From Synergistaceae bacterium (GTDB lineage: Bacteria > Synergistota > Synergistia > Synergistales > Synergistaceae), in the NCBI GenBank assembly GCA_030539135.1, contig JAUNSQ010000002.1:1-34249 (forward strand): a DNA stretch of 34,249 nucleotides. Reading direction: 5' to 3'. Numbering within the stretch: the first letter of the stretch is position 1; each line of letters begins with the position of its first letter. The translations under genes were made by a program, and so were the position numbers. Positions 16,187 to 24,164 of the stretch are shown piece by piece. A model generated the notes under the pieces. The model was not told where the DNA came from. It saw nothing but the letters and a program-made list of their open reading frames with translations, and made no database searches.

Positions 16187-16215
16187 ATTCTACACCCACT
16201 TTAGCGTGGTGTCAA
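16187..16215 (-). promoter_or_regulatory. near-consensus sigma70 promoter of the Tyr-leader/symporter transcript
   Basis: Minus strand reads TTGACA (16215-16210), exactly 17 nt, then TAGAAT (16192-16187). Confidence 0.6.
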
Positions 16216-16260
16216 GTGTGAGTGGTAAAACCTACAAGTGGTAAAGTATTTCATATAGCA

Positions 16261-16293
16261 AATTAAAATAGGAGAGGCGTTTGCCCCTCCTAT
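16261..16293 (-). terminator. terminator of the nitroreductase gene
   Basis: Minus strand reads ATAGGAGGGGCAAACGCCTCTCCTAT followed by TTTAATTT. Confidence 0.6.
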
Positions 16294-16310
16294 AGCTGTC
16301 TGTATCGTCT

Positions 16311-16850
16311 TTATTCCACGAACCTTGCTATTTCTTCGAGAGGTTTGCGTTTCTTGGGGCGGACGGTTCCGTCCGTCGGATGCCCGAGCGCTACGACGAC
16401 ACGTATCGTCTGACCGGAGGGGATGTCTAGGAGCCTCTTGACCTCGTCTTCGTCGAACGTTCCCATGATGCAGGAAGCGAGCCCAAGCTCCGCGGCCCTG
16501 AGGGTTATGCAGACGACGGCGGCTCCGAGGTCTCCCTGCGCGAACTGCTTGCAGCTCCACTTTTCAAGAACGGCTGGCATGAGCCTTGGGCATTCCTCTT
16601 CGCATACTACGATGAGGGCCGGTACGTTCTCGGAGAATTTGTTTCCGTCCACGCACTGCAAAAGCTCCGAGAGCTTATGTCTCTTTTCGGCGTTCGTTAC
16701 GACTACGAAGTTCCACGGCTGGCTGTTGCATCCCGACGGGGCCAGACGCGCAGCGTCAAGGCACGCGTTTATCTCTTCCTTCGTCACGGGCGCGCCGTCG
16801 TATGAGCGGCAGCTTTGGCGCGTTGCCATCAGTTCCATAAAATCTTTCAT
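16311..16850 (-). CDS. nitroreductase-family flavoprotein
   Basis: Contains RQSCRSY, APSGCNSQPW, and VVALGHP near the C-terminus. AAGGAGAG SD. Confidence 0.85.
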   Translation of the reverse strand: MKDFMELMATRQSCRSYDGAPVTKEEINACLDAARLAPSGCNSQPWNFVVVTNAEKRHKLSELLQCVDGNKFSENVPALIVVCEEECPRLMPAVLEKWSCKQFAQGDLGAAVVCITLRAAELGLASCIMGTFDEDEVKRLLDIPSGQTIRVVVALGHPTDGTVRPKKRKPLEEIARFVE

Positions 16851-16907
16851 CGATATCTCTCCTTGCCATTTAGATTTTCTAAAAGTATACAGCTTTTGCT
16901 ATTTCCA

Positions 16908-18269
16908 TTAAATCCTTATTTTGTGCCATTTCCCATATTTTAGGTATAGCAGCCCGATGACTATCGAGACGGAAGAGGCCAGCGGAGCGGCGAAGCCGAC
17001 TGTAAAGAGGCTCGCCCCGTCAAGCCCGCTCAGTATCCACGTGGCGGGGACCCTTATCAGGAACGCCGCGAGGAGGTTGTTCGCCATGCTGAACGGCGTG
17101 TGTCCGCAGCCGTTGAAAAATCCGTTGAGGCAGAAGACGAAGCATACGAGCACGCAGTCGAGGCTGAACGACCTGAAGTATAACGCGGCGGCCGCGATGA
17201 GTTCCCTGTCGGGCGTGAATACTCGCGTGAGTATATGCGGGCAGAAGAACAGTATGGCATAAGATACGACGCCGAACGCGAGCGACACGGCTATGCCGAC
17301 GTAGAGCGCGGTTCGAGCGCGCTTTGGCCTGCGAGCGCCCATATTCTGGGCGACGACGGCGGATATCGCGGCGGAGAAGGCCGTTGGCGGCAGCATCGTG
17401 AAGCCGTTTATCCTTCCCGATACGCCGATAGCCGCAGAGGCTACGACGCCTCCCATCTGGTTGACCGTAGCCATAATGAACATGAATGAGACCGTGGTAA
17501 GCGACATCTGGGCGGACATTGGCAGCCCGAGCACGAACAGCTTCTTGACCTTATCCGCGTCCATCCTGAAACTTTTTAGCTTGAAGTCAAATCTGTTGAA
17601 AGACTGCTTCTTAAGAAACACGACCGCGAGCAGCGCGCTCAGCCCCTGCGAGAGTATCGTGGCCAGCGCCGCTCCTCCGGCGCCCATGCCGAAGCGCCCT
17701 ACGAGCAGGAGGTCTCCGAAGACGTTGCATACGCACGCGATGGCTACGAACAGCAGCGGGCTCTTCGAGTCTCCGAAGCCGCGGAGCATGGCGCTGAGTG
17801 CGTTATACGCGAACATGAAGAGTATGCCAGCGACGTTGACGTATATATACGCCTCCGCCTGCGCGACCGCCTCGGGCGGAGTTTTCAGAACGGCGACGAG
17901 CGGCTTCACCGCAAAGAGCAGCGCGACCGTTAGAACTGCCCCAATGATCGCGAAGAGGGTGAACATTGTAGCGATGGTGCTCTTTATTTCTTTATCGTTA
18001 CCCGCGCCGAAATATTGTCCTATGAGTATCGTTCCGCCCATGGACATCCCGATAACGAGGCCGTTTATGAACATCATGAACTGGCTGCCTATAGCTACTG
18101 CCGAGAGCCCGGCTGCGTTCGTGAATTGTCCGACTATTATCATATCCGCCGCTCCATAGAGAGCTTGGAGCAGGTTTGCCAGCATGTATGGGATAGCGAA
18201 TTTGATCAGCAGCGGAGCGATGCGCCCTTCGGTAAGGTCCTGCTGCTTGAACGAGAACGCGCCGCTCAA
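16908..18269 (-). CDS. MATE-family efflux transporter
   Basis: 453 aa with 12 TM helices. The N-terminal LIKFAIPYMLANLLQALYGAADMIIVGQ is the canonical MATE signature. TTG start. Confidence 0.85.
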   Translation of the reverse strand: MSGAFSFKQQDLTEGRIAPLLIKFAIPYMLANLLQALYGAADMIIVGQFTNAAGLSAVAIGSQFMMFINGLVIGMSMGGTILIGQYFGAGNDKEIKSTIATMFTLFAIIGAVLTVALLFAVKPLVAVLKTPPEAVAQAEAYIYVNVAGILFMFAYNALSAMLRGFGDSKSPLLFVAIACVCNVFGDLLLVGRFGMGAGGAALATILSQGLSALLAVVFLKKQSFNRFDFKLKSFRMDADKVKKLFVLGLPMSAQMSLTTVSFMFIMATVNQMGGVVASAAIGVSGRINGFTMLPPTAFSAAISAVVAQNMGARRPKRARTALYVGIAVSLAFGVVSYAILFFCPHILTRVFTPDRELIAAAALYFRSFSLDCVLVCFVFCLNGFFNGCGHTPFSMANNLLAAFLIRVPATWILSGLDGASLFTVGFAAPLASSVSIVIGLLYLKYGKWHKIRI

Positions 18270-18385
18270 TTTAGCGTCGTCCTGTAGGTGCGAGCGATAT
18301 TTGTATTGGGTCCTTTTAGAATGTATATCATGTCGTCAATTTAACACCGTTCTGAGGTGTTTGCAATCGTAAAACCAACGAAATA

Positions 18386-18409
18386 GGGCCCGCGTATACG
18401 CGCGGGCCC
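18386..18409 (-). terminator. GC-rich hairpin terminator after hom
   Basis: GGGCCCGCG-TATACG-CGCGGGCCC forms a 9-bp GC stem. On the minus strand it is followed by TATTTCGTTGGTTTT. Confidence 0.6.
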
Positions 18410-18429
18410 ATTCAATATTTTATCGGTTC

Positions 18430-19443
18430 TTATGCCATCGCTATGACGTCTGTCAGAAGCGCCTGGGCCGTTTCCGTGCGCCCCGCGCCGGGGCCTATCA
18501 GCGTCACGTCGCCTAGGTTGTCCGTCGTTATCGTGACGGCGTTCGTCGCTCCCTCGACAGAGGCCAGAGGGTGCGAGATATGTATCTCCTTGGGCTGCAC
18601 ATAGGCGTACAGGCCGAGCGGAGTTACCTCAAGGCCCGCTATCAGCTTGACGCGATACCCGGCGGCCAGTGATTCTTTGATCTTCTCAGGGGTCACGTCG
18701 GTTATTCCCGTCCTCTTGACGTCGCCCACATGGATGATTTTATCGAAAGCTATCTTTGCGAGGATAGCGACCTTGCCCGCCGCGTCCCAGCCTTCTACGT
18801 CGCCCGACGGATCTGCCTCTGCGTAGCCGAGTTCGGTAGCTTTCTCAAGCGCCTCGGCGTATGTCATGCCGTTTGTCATCTGCGATAGGATATAGTTCGT
18901 TGTGCCGTTGAGTATGCCCTCGATCTTTTGTATCGCGCATCCAGCCATTCCGTGGCGCAGCATGTCGATGAGAGGCGTCCCGCTCATGACGACGCCCTCG
19001 TAGCGCAGTTTTGCGCCGCATTCTTCAGCTAGCTTTTGAAGTTCGTCGGCCGCGACCGCGACGGGGCCCTTGTTCGTCATCGTAACGTTTATGCCGCGCG
19101 ATAAGGCTGCCTTTATATGGCTGAGCCCCGGTTCGCCTGTTTTGAGGTCCGTCGGCGTGACTTCCGCCAAGATCGTGGCCTCTGATTTTTCAAGCGTTTC
19201 GACGAAAGAACCGTCAAATTGCGGAAAACCTTTGAAAGAATTTTTTTTGTGGAGCATATCGAGCGCGGCCGCCAAGTCTATGCCGTTCGGGTCGACTACC
19301 GTGCCTTTCATAAGGTCGGTAACCATTGTGACCTCAAATTTGAAGCCGTATTTTTCGTCAAGCAAAGCGCGTTTCTTGTGAAGCAGTTCGAGGAACGCAG
19401 TCCCAACATTGCCGCATCCGGCGAGCGCGATTTTGTTTATCAA
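18430..19443 (-). CDS. hom: homoserine dehydrogenase (short form, no ACT domain)
   Basis: Contains IALAGCGNVG, NGTTNYIL, LGYAEADPSGDVEGWDAAGK and GPGAG. TTG at 19443 has AAGGAG 9 nt upstream. The track ORF extends to the ATG at 19500, which overlaps a TATACT -10-like box. Confidence 0.8.
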   Translation of the reverse strand: MINKIALAGCGNVGTAFLELLHKKRALLDEKYGFKFEVTMVTDLMKGTVVDPNGIDLAAALDMLHKKNSFKGFPQFDGSFVETLEKSEATILAEVTPTDLKTGEPGLSHIKAALSRGINVTMTNKGPVAVAADELQKLAEECGAKLRYEGVVMSGTPLIDMLRHGMAGCAIQKIEGILNGTTNYILSQMTNGMTYAEALEKATELGYAEADPSGDVEGWDAAGKVAILAKIAFDKIIHVGDVKRTGITDVTPEKIKESLAAGYRVKLIAGLEVTPLGLYAYVQPKEIHISHPLASVEGATNAVTITTDNLGDVTLIGPGAGRTETAQALLTDVIAMA

Positions 19444-19516
19444 TGCTACCAGCTCCTTGGAAAAGGGGTATGAAAAATTAATATCAGAGTAGTATAGCAT
19501 AAATCGGCTGATACGA

Positions 19517-19546
19517 CAGAGCGGCGTCCTGCGGGACGCCGCTCTG
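19517..19546 (-). terminator. perfect 13-bp hairpin after the DEAD-box helicase gene (no clear U-tract)
   Basis: CAGAGCGGCGTCC-TGCG-GGACGCCGCTCTG. Confidence 0.4.
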
Positions 19547-19568
19547 AGCTTTGGCTGTTATTATTACG

Positions 19569-21401
19569 CTATTTTGAGAAGCGTCTCCTCTTAGGGCGTT
19601 CGGTTGTTTCGCCTCTGCCCGAGCGCTGCCCGTCGTGCCTTGAGTAGTCTCTGCGGGCCGGTCTGCCCTCGGAACGACGCTGGCCGTCGTCTCTTCTGCC
19701 CTCGCGGCGTCCGAAACTTCCGGGTTCGGTGTTCTTGACCGCTCCGGTAGGAAGTCCTTCGCGTTCCAGTCTGTCCTTGCGGGCTTCAAACAGCGCCGCG
19801 CCTCTCGACGAGAGCTCTACTGTCGCGCTGTGGTCGCGGAGCTTTATGTTGCCCACATCGTCGCGGCCCACGCCTATGCAGCGGCATATCATGCCGAGAA
19901 GAGGGCCGACCTCCCATCCGTCCTGGCGTCCCGCCGTGAACTGAATGGATATCCCGCCTTCCATCTCGCGCAGCCTGTAACGCTCCCTTGCGCCTGCCGC
20001 GCCGTGAGAGTCTCCTCTTTCGGAGGAGCGCCCGCCGCTTGGCCTCTGAGCCTTGTTGCGGTTCATCTCCGCCGCGACGTCCTCGCGTATCGAGTAGCCG
20101 GACGGCTGGTCGCCGTATGCCTTGGCAAGCAGCCCAGAGACGAGCATCACCGCGTCGTCGCGAGTGAGGAGCTCCTCGGCCCATGGCTGGAATTCGTTCG
20201 ACTCAAGCGCGGGGTCGAGGGTCGTCTTCTCGAAGCGCACGCGCGACTGTCCCTCTATCTCGTCGGCGTCCGGCGCGGGCTGCCAATCCATCTTCATCTT
20301 GGAACCCGCGTTCTGCGCCATAAATTTGAACTGGCGGGCTTCGCGTGATGTGAGGAGCAGCATATTGCTGCCCTCGTGTCCGGCGCGGCCCGTGCGTCCG
20401 CTGCGGTGTACGAAGGATTCGAGGTTCTGCGGAAGGCCGAACTGGATGACGTGGCTTACAGCGTCTATGTCAAGCCCGCGAGCGGCCACGTCCGTCGCTA
20501 CGAGTATCGAGACCCTTCCGCCGCGGAGTGCGTTGAGCGCGTTGTTCCTCTCGCGCTGGCTCATATCGCCGTGGATGGCCGTTGCGCGGAAACCGTTGTC
20601 GCAGAGTTTGTCCGCGATGTCCTGCGTCTCGGCCCTTGTGCCGCAGAAGAGCAGCGCGCGGCTGGGGGCTTCCCAGATGAGGACGTTAGTCAGCCCTTCA
20701 AAGCGTCTGCGCGATGGGATGATGTACGCCTTCTGCGTGATGTCTTCGTGCGACGTTATGTCGGATACCAGAGATATCTTTATCGGTGCGTCGAGGTAGC
20801 GTTTAGCGAGTGAAAGCACCTCCGCCGGCATTGTGGCGGAGAAGAGCCATGTCCTCTCCGAATGCGGCATGGCTTCAAGTATCGACTCAAGTTCCTCGCG
20901 GAAGCCCATGTCGAGCATGTTGTCGCCCTCGTCGAGAACGATGCTGTCCACGGAGTCGCCCTTGAACGTTCCGCGCTTGATATGGTCGAGAAGACGCCCA
21001 GGCGTGCCTACGACGACGTTAGCGCCGTCGCGCAGCGAACGTATTTGACGCTCCATATCGAGCCCGCCAACAAGAGTCGCCACCTTAACGCCGCAGTCGG
21101 CCCCGACCCATGCGAATTCGCGCGCGGTCTGCTGCGCAAGTTCGCGTGTTGGAGAGAGCACGAGTATTTGCGGCTCTCTTCTCTTCGTGTCCATGATGTT
21201 GATGAGCGGCAGCGCGAAAGCCAGCGTTTTGCCCGAGCCAGTCTTTGCCTGTACGATTATGTCGCTGTCGATGAGGCTTTCGTCTTCGAGCACGCGCACC
21301 TGTACCGGCATCGGCGTCTCAAAACCTTTTTTCTCGAGTGCATGGAGCAGCTCGCTCCGCAGATCAAAGTCTGCGAACTTTACATTTGTTTCCTGTGTCA
21401 T
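19569..21401 (-). CDS. DEAD-box ATP-dependent RNA helicase with a DbpA-type RNA-binding domain and an RG-rich tail
   Basis: Q-motif region FETPMPVQ; motif I AKTGSGKT; motif II reads DEGD; SAT; HRSGRTGRAG. The C-terminus is RREGRRDDGQRRSEGRPARRD... Confidence 0.9.
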   Translation of the reverse strand: MTQETNVKFADFDLRSELLHALEKKGFETPMPVQVRVLEDESLIDSDIIVQAKTGSGKTLAFALPLINIMDTKRREPQILVLSPTRELAQQTAREFAWVGADCGVKVATLVGGLDMERQIRSLRDGANVVVGTPGRLLDHIKRGTFKGDSVDSIVLDEGDNMLDMGFREELESILEAMPHSERTWLFSATMPAEVLSLAKRYLDAPIKISLVSDITSHEDITQKAYIIPSRRRFEGLTNVLIWEAPSRALLFCGTRAETQDIADKLCDNGFRATAIHGDMSQRERNNALNALRGGRVSILVATDVAARGLDIDAVSHVIQFGLPQNLESFVHRSGRTGRAGHEGSNMLLLTSREARQFKFMAQNAGSKMKMDWQPAPDADEIEGQSRVRFEKTTLDPALESNEFQPWAEELLTRDDAVMLVSGLLAKAYGDQPSGYSIREDVAAEMNRNKAQRPSGGRSSERGDSHGAAGARERYRLREMEGGISIQFTAGRQDGWEVGPLLGMICRCIGVGRDDVGNIKLRDHSATVELSSRGAALFEARKDRLEREGLPTGAVKNTEPGSFGRREGRRDDGQRRSEGRPARRDYSRHDGQRSGRGETTERPKRRRFSK

Positions 21402-21575
21402 TGTTGGATTTCCTCCCCTAATTTGCGCCGTTGCCGAAATCCCTGCGTATGGCGCAACAAGAGTAAGGCAGTTGAAAAGTTCTATCCCAATATTACAAGC
21501 CCGCGATAGGCTGAAGGTCTTTCCGCAACAGCGAACGGTCTTTGACCGTTATTGTGGCAAAGCCACAGTTGAGAC

Positions 21576-21603
21576 ATTATGATGGCTAATCGAAAAAAGT
21601 CAA
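21576..21603 (-). promoter_or_regulatory. candidate promoter giving a 5' UTR of about 170 nt for the helicase
   Basis: Minus strand reads TTGACT (21603-21598), a 16-nt spacer, then CATAAT (21581-21576). Confidence 0.4.
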
Positions 21604-21616
21604 GGGCGGATTGGCC

Positions 21617-22954
21617 TTATTCAGGCTTATATATCTCCATATCCTGCGGGAGTATCAGATCCATGACGATTGCCACGACGAAGACGACGGCTACGCAGTT
21701 TCCTGAGAAGACGTCCTTCACCATCTGGGGGAATATCTTCCATATCCCCATCTCGCTGGCGGTCGTGAACCCTATCCCAATGGCGAGCGATAGAGCCGCT
21801 ATCGTGATATTGCGCTGAGTGAACCCTGCGTCCGACAGCATACGTATCCCGCTGACCATTATCGAGCCGAAGAGCATTATCGTGCAGCCGCCTAGCACGG
21901 ACTCTGGCAGAGAGTTGAACAGCGCCCCGATCACAGGGACGAACCCCGCGAGTATCATGCAGACCGCGCCGGTCATTATCGTGAAGCGGTTGACTACCTT
22001 TGTCATAGCTATGAGCCCGACGTTCTGGCTGAACGACGTTACCGGGGTGCAGCCGAAAAGCCCTGATATCGAACTGGCGAAGCCGTCGCAGGCGAGAGAG
22101 CCGGATATCTCTTTATCAGTTATCTCCCTCTCCAGACCCATCGCCACCATCGCGGTAGTGTCTCCTATCGTCTCCGTTGCGGAGACGAGAAATATTATCG
22201 CGACGGATATTATTGCGTTTATGTTAAAGACGGGCGTAAAGGGCATGAGTTTCGGCACGGATATTATCCCGTGTCCCATTATGCCGGATATGTCCACGAT
22301 GCCGAGACACAGCGCTGCGGCGTACCCCACGAAAAGTCCCACGAGCACGGAAAGCTGTTTTAGATGACCCTTAGCGAAGATGTTGAACGCGATGCACGTT
22401 GCAAGCGTTATGGCGCCGAGCGTAAGGTTCTGCGCAGAGCCGAACGAGCTCGTATAGCCGCCGCCGAACGACCTCGCCCCGATGCCGAGCAGCGAATACC
22501 CTATGGCGGTAACGACGGACGCCGCGACGATGGGCGACACGATCTTTCTCCAATATTTAGCGCAGAGTCCGAGAGTGCCCTCAAACATCCCTCCGACGAT
22601 AACGGCTCCTATGACCGCCGGATAACCGTAATTAGCTCCGACGTAGCTGAGTATCGTCACAAACGTGAAACTGACGCCCATGACTATCGGCAGACGAGCG
22701 CCGACGCGCCAGATGGGGTAAAGCTGTATGAGAGTCCCTATACCGGCGGCGAACATGGAGTTCTGGAGCAGCATAGTCATATCCGAGGCTGGGAGTTTGC
22801 AGGCGGACCCCACGACCGCGATCGGAGCGAGGTTGGCTACGAACATGGCGAGCACGTGCTGCAGCCCGAAAGGTATCGCCTTCAAAAGCGGGACTCTGCC
22901 GTCCAAGCGGTAGATATTTTCTATAGATGCGTTCTGTTGTTTATGCTGGCTCAT
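21617..22954 (-). CDS. NCS2-family nucleobase (uracil/xanthine-type) permease
   Basis: Contains GLQHVLAMFVANLAPIAVV and FSQNVGLIAMT motifs. 445 aa with about 13 TM helices. Confidence 0.85.
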   Translation of the reverse strand: MSQHKQQNASIENIYRLDGRVPLLKAIPFGLQHVLAMFVANLAPIAVVGSACKLPASDMTMLLQNSMFAAGIGTLIQLYPIWRVGARLPIVMGVSFTFVTILSYVGANYGYPAVIGAVIVGGMFEGTLGLCAKYWRKIVSPIVAASVVTAIGYSLLGIGARSFGGGYTSSFGSAQNLTLGAITLATCIAFNIFAKGHLKQLSVLVGLFVGYAAALCLGIVDISGIMGHGIISVPKLMPFTPVFNINAIISVAIIFLVSATETIGDTTAMVAMGLEREITDKEISGSLACDGFASSISGLFGCTPVTSFSQNVGLIAMTKVVNRFTIMTGAVCMILAGFVPVIGALFNSLPESVLGGCTIMLFGSIMVSGIRMLSDAGFTQRNITIAALSLAIGIGFTTASEMGIWKIFPQMVKDVFSGNCVAVVFVVAIVMDLILPQDMEIYKPE

Positions 22955-23022
22955 AAGATGTCCCTCCGTGTTAATTTAAGTAAATATATCATACTATCTG
23001 TCTTGACGGATGAAAATTTCGT

Positions 23023-23051
23023 TTGACACACGGCTGAAAAGATGGTAATAT
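23023..23051 (+). promoter_or_regulatory. near-consensus sigma70 promoter of the Ile-leader/OFOR transcript
   Basis: TTGACA (23023-28), exactly 17 nt, then TAATAT (23046-51). Confidence 0.6.
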
Positions 23052-23083
23052 CCCGCGTATTCTGAGAGAGGGAGGGCGTTGCT

Positions 23084-23158
23084 ATGTTGCGCAAGTCATT
23101 CAATAACAACATCATTATTATAATTAACGCGGCTCCTCCTCGCAGGATCGGCGTCTAG
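23084..23158 (+). CDS. Ile-run leader peptide (24 aa)
   Basis: MLRKSFNNNIIIIINAAPPRRIGV. GGGAGGG lies 7 nt upstream of the ATG. There are five consecutive Ile codons (ATC ATT ATT ATA ATT, 23111-23125) and a sixth near the end. Confidence 0.65.
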   Translation: MLRKSFNNNIIIIINAAPPRRIGV

Positions 23159-23180
23159 CGCCGTTTGTCCAAGCGAGTAA

Positions 23181-23216
23181 GGGAGCCTTTCACGATTGTG
23201 AGGGGCTCCTTTTTTT
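23181..23216 (+). terminator. intrinsic terminator (attenuator) upstream of the OFOR operon
   Basis: GGGAGCCUUUCAC-GAUU-GUGAGGGGCUCC forms a 12-13 bp stem followed by UUUUUUU. It sits 29 nt upstream of the gamma-subunit ATG. Confidence 0.8.
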
Positions 23217-23244
23217 GTGGTTTAAATCAAAGGAGGAGTTTCAA

Positions 23245-23823
23245 ATGGAAAAAGGCAAGACGATCGAAGTACGCTGGCACGGACGCGGGGGACAGGGAGC
23301 GAAGAGCGCTTCCGCGATACTAGCTGAGGTGCTGTTTGAGGGAGGAAAACACGTGCAGGCTTTCCCGGAGTACGGAGCGGAGCGTCAGGGTGCGCCGATG
23401 CGAGCCTATAACAGGGTCTCCGACAGGCCCATACGCCGCCGCTGCGGGGTCCAGAACCCAAATATAGTCGTCGTCGTAGACCCGACGATGGTCGAGAGCG
23501 CAAACCCATGCGAGGGCTGCGCGAAGGACGCCGTATATCTCGTGAACACGCCGGAGGACGCGAAGACCCTGCGCGAGAGGATGCACCTCTCACAGCGCGC
23601 GAAAGTGCTGGCGGTAGACGCTACGAAGATAACGCTCGAGGAGCTTGGGCAGAACAGGCCGAACGCGCCGATACTCGGAGCGCTGTCGAGGATATTCACG
23701 GACGTATCCGTAGATAATTTCGCCGACCACTTCACGAAGAAGATGAAGAAGCTGCCGCAGAACGTCATAGACGCGAACCGCAGGGCGATACTCAGAGGCC
23801 GCGAAGAGGCGGTGCTGGCATGA
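23245..23823 (+). CDS. 2-oxoacid:ferredoxin oxidoreductase, gamma subunit (POR/VOR family)
   Basis: Contains GRGGQGAKSASAILAE...AFPEYGAERQGAP. AAAGGAGG SD. Confidence 0.85.
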   Translation: MEKGKTIEVRWHGRGGQGAKSASAILAEVLFEGGKHVQAFPEYGAERQGAPMRAYNRVSDRPIRRRCGVQNPNIVVVVDPTMVESANPCEGCAKDAVYLVNTPEDAKTLRERMHLSQRAKVLAVDATKITLEELGQNRPNAPILGALSRIFTDVSVDNFADHFTKKMKKLPQNVIDANRRAILRGREEAVLA

Positions 23824-24164
23824 GCGAACCGCAGTGCTGGCAGGACGTCGCTCCCGGGACTGTCGCTTTCGGCGCGACCGCGCTGGAAGTGGAGACCGGG
23901 CTTTGGCGGAGCGTGCGTCCTGTCTTCGACCTCAATAAATGCGTGTCATGTATGAAATGCTGGTTCCAGTGCCCGGATATGTCAGTCAAACTGGGCGAAG
24001 GCGGCAAGGTTTGCGGAGCAGACCTCTTCTTCTGCAAGGGCTGCGGGATATGCGCTTCCGTCTGTCCGGTGAAAGCCGTAACGATGCGTCCCGAATCAGA
24101 TTTCAGCGACGAACGTGATAAACATGGCGCGAACCCCGGAGGCGTGGCCGACCATGTCAAATAA
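23820..24164 (+). CDS. 2-oxoacid:ferredoxin oxidoreductase, delta subunit (2x[4Fe-4S] ferredoxin-type)
   Basis: Contains CVSCMKCWFQCP and CKGCGICASVCP. ATGA overlap with the gamma subunit gene. Confidence 0.85.
   Translation: MSEPQCWQDVAPGTVAFGATALEVETGLWRSVRPVFDLNKCVSCMKCWFQCPDMSVKLGEGGKVCGADLFFCKGCGICASVCPVKAVTMRPESDFSDERDKHGANPGGVADHVK

Noticed and set aside
15916-16215. T-box or metabolite riboswitch as an alternative explanation for the three leaders
   Set aside because: I could not find the conserved T-box motif or a specifier-loop architecture. The leaders are short (about 190-265 nt), and each contains an SD-preceded ORF with a striking single-amino-acid codon run, which fits leader-peptide attenuation better. 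This still needs covariance-model searches to exclude formally.
19443-19500. 19-residue N-terminal extension of hom (MLYYSDINFSYPFSKELVA)
   Set aside because: The ATG at 19500 overlaps a TATACT -10-like box and has no SD. The TTG at 19443 has AAGGAG 9 nt upstream and gives the canonical start (M)INKIALAGCGNVG. The extension is probably not translated, but this is not certain.
22955-23022. Possible purine/nucleobase riboswitch upstream of the NCS2 permease
   Set aside because: The leader between the best promoter candidate (TTTTCA-17-TATGAT, 23016-22988, minus strand) and the start codon is only about 30 nt. No three-way-junction aptamer or conserved purine-riboswitch loops are visible.
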